From the NCBI GenBank assembly GCA_964361785.1, contig CAYIBX010000002.1, positions 21,160 to 85,159 of the forward strand: a DNA stretch of 64,000 nucleotides, given 5' to 3'. Positions 59,655 to 64,000 of the stretch are shown here, one piece after another; within the stretch, counting starts at the first letter, position 1; each line of letters begins with the position of its first letter. The notes below the pieces were generated by a model. The model saw only the letters and a program-made list of their open reading frames with translations. It had not been told where the DNA came from and searched no databases. Made by a program: the position numbers and the translations under genes. This DNA is from an uncultured Gammaproteobacteria bacterium. Lineage in GTDB: Bacteria; Patescibacteriota; Microgenomatia; UBA10105; UBA927.

Positions 59655-60371
59655 ATGACTACTCAACCGATTGCATTCTCTCTTATACTTCCCTGCTATA
59701 ACGAACAGAGGCTGATTAAGGAGAGTACAGAGAGAATTATGAGCGCACTAGATGCCGGCGCGTTTACATACGAGATTATTTTCGTGGATGATAAAAGTTT
59801 TGACAAAACAGCACAGTACATAAAAAAAATCTGTAAACGATATTCGTTTTGTCGCGCTGTATTTCACGAGACGAATATGGGACGCGGGAGATCGGTCATG
59901 GATGGGATCGCGAAAGCACGGGCCGAAATAGTAGGGTATATAGATATAGATTGTGAAGTGTCTCCTGTGTATTTGCCATTTATGGTCTCTCTCGTTACAG
60001 AAAAAAAGAGCGATGTGGTTATCGGAAAGCGTTTTTATCGTTCTACCTTAGGATCAATAATGAGGGAAGTGTTTAGTCGCGGGTATCGCTGGCTAGCAGA
60101 CACCATGGTAGAGACGGGAGGAGTAGATACAGAGTCAGGATTTAAGGTGTTTCGAAAGAAAAAAATTGTACCCATTTTTGAATCTATAGAGCATCAGGGA
60201 TGGTTTTGGGATACAGAAATTATGGTGTATGCCAAACGGGCGGGATTAAAAATATCAGAAGTGCCGGTACTTTTCCTTCGCCGGTTTGATAAACATTCAT
60301 CCGTCAATATAGTCAAAGATACAGTAGAATATCTTATACAGCTTATTCGGTTTTCTAGGTCGCTTAAGTAA
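59655..60371 (+). CDS. GT2 polyprenol-phosphate glycosyltransferase (DPM1/GtrB/ArnC-like)
   Basis: FSLILPCYNE, EIIFVDDKSFDKT, GRGRSVMDGIAKA and GYIDIDCEV correspond to the GT-A DxD and acceptor-loop motifs of Dpm1/GtrB-type enzymes. Such enzymes make the lipid-linked sugar donors used by GT-C enzymes. Confidence 0.75.
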   Translation: MTTQPIAFSLILPCYNEQRLIKESTERIMSALDAGAFTYEIIFVDDKSFDKTAQYIKKICKRYSFCRAVFHETNMGRGRSVMDGIAKARAEIVGYIDIDCEVSPVYLPFMVSLVTEKKSDVVIGKRFYRSTLGSIMREVFSRGYRWLADTMVETGGVDTESGFKVFRKKKIVPIFESIEHQGWFWDTEIMVYAKRAGLKISEVPVLFLRRFDKHSSVNIVKDTVEYLIQLIRFSRSLK

Positions 60372-60395
60372 CCTAGGTAGCCTAAGCGACCTATA
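60356..60395. repeat. Palindromic repeat copy spanning the stop codon of the GT2 gene and the whole intergenic spacer up to the start of the acetyltransferase gene (CTAGGTCGCTTAAG-taacctaggtagc-CTAAGCGACCTAT)
   Basis: A 12-bp inverted repeat AGGTCGCTTAAG / CTAAGCGACCT with one mismatch, and an inner CCTAGG palindrome. The TAA stop at 60369-60371 lies inside the element. The last six codons of the GT2 protein (RFSRSLK) are element-encoded. Confidence 0.55.
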
Positions 60396-60928
60396 TGAAA
60401 GCATTACAAACAATAGGTATTTGGCAGGCTTTGCGTTTTGTATGGTTTCAGTGGTATGGATTTCTCATCCACGTTTCTTTGCCGCCAGTACGTGTGTGGC
60501 TATTGCGATGGGCAGGAGCGACGGTGGGGAAGGATACTGTGATTATGGATGTACGGTTTGTCAATATCCATCAACACGGGTTTTCTCGACTTTCTATTGG
60601 GAACAGATGTTTTATAGGAGATGAGGCGATGCTTGATGTGAGAGGCGGTATACGCCTAGAGGATGATGTAACTATTTCAAATAGAGCGTCTATCGTGACG
60701 CATATAAACGTGGGGTTTCCTGACCATCCGTTGCAAAAAATGTATCCGATGAAGGAATCACATGTTTTGGTAAAAAAAGGTGCGTATGTAGCAACCGGAG
60801 TGATTGTATTGCCAAATGTTTCGATAGGGAAAGAGAGTGTGGTGGCAGCAGGGGCCGTCGTCACAAAATCAGTTTCTGATCATGTATTGGTAGCTGGTGT
60901 GCCGGCGGTGGTGAAGAAAAAGTTATAA
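60395..60928 (+). CDS. Left-handed beta-helix (hexapeptide repeat) acyl/acetyltransferase
   Basis: The C-terminal hexapeptide repeats VTISNRASIVTH...GAYVATGVIVLPNVSIGKESVVAAGAVVTKSV...LVAGVPAVV are typical of sugar O- or N-acetyltransferases (WbbJ/PglD/NeuD-like). Confidence 0.7.
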   Translation: MKALQTIGIWQALRFVWFQWYGFLIHVSLPPVRVWLLRWAGATVGKDTVIMDVRFVNIHQHGFSRLSIGNRCFIGDEAMLDVRGGIRLEDDVTISNRASIVTHINVGFPDHPLQKMYPMKESHVLVKKGAYVATGVIVLPNVSIGKESVVAAGAVVTKSVSDHVLVAGVPAVVKKKL

Positions 60929-60967
60929 TAGCATTATTCCTTCCAAAACTGCCTCATAAAAAATGCC

Positions 60968-61924
60968 ATGAAACCATATTTGTCTGTCATTATTCCCTAT
61001 TATAATTCTCCAGAAAAGTTGGAGAGACTTCTTCTATCAATTGCGAAAAGTAAAAAGGCGCTGCCATATGAAATTATTATTGTCGATGACGGCTCAATAG
61101 AAAAATTTAAAACAAAACTAAAAATTATTCGACTTCCTCATAATAAAGGTCCGGCAATTGCAAGAAATAGAGGGGTAGAAGCGGCAAAGGGAGAGTTTGT
61201 CGTGTTTTTGGATGGTGATGTAGAGGTGTTTGCCGATACCCTTTGTGAGATCGGCAAAGTATTTACTGATGACCCTGATGTGGTGGCTCTAACCGGCGTA
61301 TGGGTGAAGGAGCAACAGTCCAAAGATTTTTTCCCCAACTTTAAAGCGCTTCGGGATTGGAGTTACTGGATAAACGAGCGGGATAAAAGTGGGTATTATT
61401 TTCTTTTCTCTACGCGCATTGCAGCGATTAAAAAGGCGGTGTTTTTGCGTTTGGGTGGGTTTGATGAGACGTATCCAGCTCCACTAGTAGAAGATATAGA
61501 GCTCACGTATAGAATTGCGCGTCGATACGCAATAATTTTTGCGCCACAAGTGCGGGTTCGGCATGAATTCGAGAGTTTCTGGCCGATAGCAAAGAAATAT
61601 TTCTTACGAGCATACTACTGGACTAAGCTGTATACGAAGCGTAAAAAATTTGATCCGGTCGCTACCACGCTTGCTGAGGCCTTAACGACTCTATCTGGTG
61701 TAGGGGTAGTCCTTGTGTTTATAGGTTATCTAAGTCACCTAAGATACCTAGGTTACCTATGGGCGGTAGTGTTGGTGTTCCACATCCTCCTCGTGCGGAA
61801 ATTTTTGGTCTTTGTCTATCACGAAAAAGGATTGGTATTTATGCTCAAAAGTTTTGTGATCGGACTTTTTCTTTACTGTTTTATCTTTTCAGGCGTTTTG
61901 ATGGGGAAAATCAAGAGCCGTTAG
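60968..61924 (+). CDS. GT2 family glycosyltransferase with a C-terminal membrane segment
   Basis: LSVIIPYYNSPEKLERLLLSI, YEIIIVDDGS, LPHNKGPAIARNRGVEAAKGEFVVFLDGDV. Two hydrophobic helices at the C-terminus contain a 9-bp-periodic repeat copy (61721-61762). Confidence 0.75.
   Translation: MKPYLSVIIPYYNSPEKLERLLLSIAKSKKALPYEIIIVDDGSIEKFKTKLKIIRLPHNKGPAIARNRGVEAAKGEFVVFLDGDVEVFADTLCEIGKVFTDDPDVVALTGVWVKEQQSKDFFPNFKALRDWSYWINERDKSGYYFLFSTRIAAIKKAVFLRLGGFDETYPAPLVEDIELTYRIARRYAIIFAPQVRVRHEFESFWPIAKKYFLRAYYWTKLYTKRKKFDPVATTLAEALTTLSGVGVVLVFIGYLSHLRYLGYLWAVVLVFHILLVRKFLVFVYHEKGLVFMLKSFVIGLFLYCFIFSGVLMGKIKSR
61721..61762. repeat. In-frame 9-bp-periodic repeat copy (ATAGGTTATC TAAGTCACC TAAGATACC TAGGTTACC TATGG) inside CDS 60968..61924, encoding IGYLSHLRYLGYLW
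   Basis: Four consecutive TARGNNACC 9-mers. The outer ATAGGTTA ... TTACCTAT arms are near-inverted. Confidence 0.5.
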
Positions 61925-63849
61925 CGTAAGGCGCTTTTTGGCGTGGGAGTGGGCTTAGGTACTTTGGATTTGATGGTTTCTAGCTCAGTTTTGATGCGAG
62001 GGAGATCTGGGTCTGTGTCTTTTAAGAGACTCACCACTTTTTGCATAGTACGTGCTGCATTTTCGTATTCACCGACAGATTCGAGTAATTTGGAGAGATT
62101 GTAATACGCTGCCGGATAATCAGGTTTCATCTGGATAGCGGTTTGGAATTCAGCGACTGCACGATTTACATACGCTGATTGTGCTTCTTTATCTTTCGAG
62201 TTTGTGGCAAGTTGCACTAGTACAGAACCAAATTCGGTTCGTAACGTTGGGTTACTTCTGTCTAGAGCGATAGCTTGTAGATATGCATTGAGTGCCATTT
62301 GATCAGCGTCTTTGGTAATAGAAAGAAGATTAGCATAGACGTTAGCAAGATATTGCCACGTGCGCGCATCATGCGGACGAAGTGTAGTAGCAGTGTTGCC
62401 TTCAGAGATAGCGAGTGAGACGAGTTGGTTTATTTGTTGTTTTTCAATATCCGTAAGGTCGGATTTTTGTAAGAGGTTTGTAGCCAACGAGAGATTGACC
62501 TGAGAAAAAGATATGTGATAGTTGGTCATGGTGGGAACCAGTTGTACGGCTTTGAGACTGTATTTATAGACGTTGGTAGCATCTTTTTCTGATAGAGCAT
62601 TTTGGGCCTTCTGCATAGCATATTCTGCGCGGACATATTGTGTAAGGTAATATCCACAGTAACCGATAGCAACAAGAAGGATAAGAGAGAGTATGTAGCT
62701 TGTATTTTTTGGGATTTCGGTAGGTTTATTTCCTTGTGCCGTCAGAAGGCCGAGCGACACAAAGAAAAGTAGATACATAGGTACAGACCCTGATGAAAAA
62801 AAGAAGGTGAGTATCGAAAGTATAAAAACGACATTTATCGGTGTAAATTTAGATTTACTTATACTCATTTGTTTAAATCCTATGGCGAAAAGATAAAAAA
62901 ATGTTGCTGTACCGAGTAACCCCATAGTGGTAATCCACTGAAAGATTTCAGTAGTAGCTGAACTAGGAAGCACATTCCAAAATGGTGTGGCGTTTAAAAA
63001 CATCGGTTTTGCTGCTGTGTAGAGTGTGGAGAAGTTGGCTATCCCGACGCCAAAAAAGACGTTGTGAGCGCTTTTTAGTGCGTCAAGTGTTATATTCCAA
63101 GAGGCGCTAAAGGGAAGAATTGTCGTAGAGATAAAACCTTCAGTCGTTAAAAGATACACATGGATCATTGCCGTACCTAGCGTGAGAACGCTACAGGCAA
63201 ACGTGAGATACTTAAAAAGAGAAGATTTTTGATCCTTTGCTTTTATGAAAGCAACGATACTTGCGATAGTCAGTATACTCACGGTGATAAGTGGACTGCC
63301 GGTTGGGGTAAAGCCTTTGTTTTGCATGAAGCTTGGTAGCATAGTTAAACGGTAAAGAACAGCGAGCTGCAACATGCCGTGGATAGAAAGAAGGACGGAC
63401 GAGGCTATGATAGCAGTGATACAGCGTGATACGAGTTTTGTGGATTGGGGAAGTAAACTTAGGCAAAAACTGAGCACAGACAGTGCAATCAAAAGCGAGC
63501 CTAAGCCGATGATACTTTCAGTTCTTCCTTCAGGATTGAGCGAGAGATTCGTGATGATTGCTCCTCCAAAAAGGACGAGAGGAAGGCGAAGCGGTGATAC
63601 GCTTACAGGGACCGTTTGGTGTAACAGCATATCAAGAGTAAGTCCCACGAGGAGTATGAGGGAAATGGCGATGATAAATAGTTGCTTTGGTGTACCAAAA
63701 AAGTTTGTAAAAACAGGGAGAAAAAGAAGGGGAGTAATAAAAAGGGTGAGGGGAGTAAGGAATTCAACCAGCGTAACGGTAATAGATTTATTTTGCATGC
63801 CTGTTTTATCGTACAGAGAATACGAAAAAAACACAACATCTTTATCCAC
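61921..63849 (-). CDS. O-antigen ligase / Wzy-like polytopic membrane protein with a C-terminal TPR repeat domain
   Basis: The N-terminal roughly 400 aa contain about 10-12 hydrophobic helices. The C-terminal roughly 200 aa carry TPR-like repeats (e.g. AYLQAIALDRSNPTLRTEFGSVL..., AEFQTAIQMKPDYPAAYYNLSKLLESVGEYENA). Confidence 0.55.
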   Translation of the reverse strand: MDKDVVFFSYSLYDKTGMQNKSITVTLVEFLTPLTLFITPLLFLPVFTNFFGTPKQLFIIAISLILLVGLTLDMLLHQTVPVSVSPLRLPLVLFGGAIITNLSLNPEGRTESIIGLGSLLIALSVLSFCLSLLPQSTKLVSRCITAIIASSVLLSIHGMLQLAVLYRLTMLPSFMQNKGFTPTGSPLITVSILTIASIVAFIKAKDQKSSLFKYLTFACSVLTLGTAMIHVYLLTTEGFISTTILPFSASWNITLDALKSAHNVFFGVGIANFSTLYTAAKPMFLNATPFWNVLPSSATTEIFQWITTMGLLGTATFFYLFAIGFKQMSISKSKFTPINVVFILSILTFFFSSGSVPMYLLFFVSLGLLTAQGNKPTEIPKNTSYILSLILLVAIGYCGYYLTQYVRAEYAMQKAQNALSEKDATNVYKYSLKAVQLVPTMTNYHISFSQVNLSLATNLLQKSDLTDIEKQQINQLVSLAISEGNTATTLRPHDARTWQYLANVYANLLSITKDADQMALNAYLQAIALDRSNPTLRTEFGSVLVQLATNSKDKEAQSAYVNRAVAEFQTAIQMKPDYPAAYYNLSKLLESVGEYENAARTMQKVVSLLKDTDPDLPRIKTELETIKSKVPKPTPTPKSALR

Positions 63850-63933
63850 CCCGTCAACGATTCAGCTTTTTGGTCGTAAACTGGTACTATGTTTGAACGA
63901 AATATTGAAAAATCCTTAAAACATAAACGTTAA

Positions 63934-63959
63934 ATTGTAGGTCTTATTGTAGGTCATAT
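63934..63959. repeat. Intergenic direct-repeat copy of the family core (ATTGTAGGTCTTAT TGTAGGTCATAT)
   Basis: Two tandem TGTAGGTCWTAT units lie in the non-coding region after the last gene. They show the element family exists outside coding frames. Confidence 0.4.
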
Positions 63960-64000
63960 AAATCAGCTTGTTCGTATATCGTCGGGAATGAAGCTTAATT

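Overview
This 64 kb window looks like a low-GC bacterial contig, possibly from an uncultivated or CPR-like lineage, though that placement is only a guess. Two blocks make up the window. (1) Positions 210..40616 (+) hold one uninterrupted 40.4 kb ORF encoding a protein of about 13,468 aa. Read by eye, this giant protein contains an N-terminal signal-anchor helix and several internal transmembrane clusters. It also carries two separate P-loop ATPase modules whose motifs resemble the SecA DEAD-motor / SF2 helicase core, a protein-kinase-like module, two GNAT acetyltransferase-like modules, a transglutaminase-like Cys/His module, and a Cys-rich C-terminal HExxH (zincin-like) module. Long coiled-coil stretches and internal duplications are also present. 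(2) Positions 40.6..64 kb hold a type II RelE/ParE–RHH toxin–antitoxin pair placed convergently at the 3' end of the giant gene. A dense cell-envelope glycosylation island follows. It contains at least eight large polytopic GT-C-type paralogs (ArnT/PMT/YfhO-like), two GT2 enzymes, an RmlC-like epimerase, a SAM methyltransferase, a hexapeptide acyltransferase and a Wzy/O-antigen-ligase-like TPR protein. The least expected signal is a family of short palindromic repeat units of 30-45 bp with 9-bp periodicity (TAGGTNNCC / ATAAGACCT / ATAGGTCTT). These sit in frame inside at least eight of the membrane-protein genes, where they encode I/L-G/R-P-rich peptides such as IGPIGLIRPIRPI. Copies also occur intergenically at 60356-60395 and 63934-63959. 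I recognised no rRNA, tRNA or CRISPR array. All domain calls rest on motif recognition by eye, with no database search.
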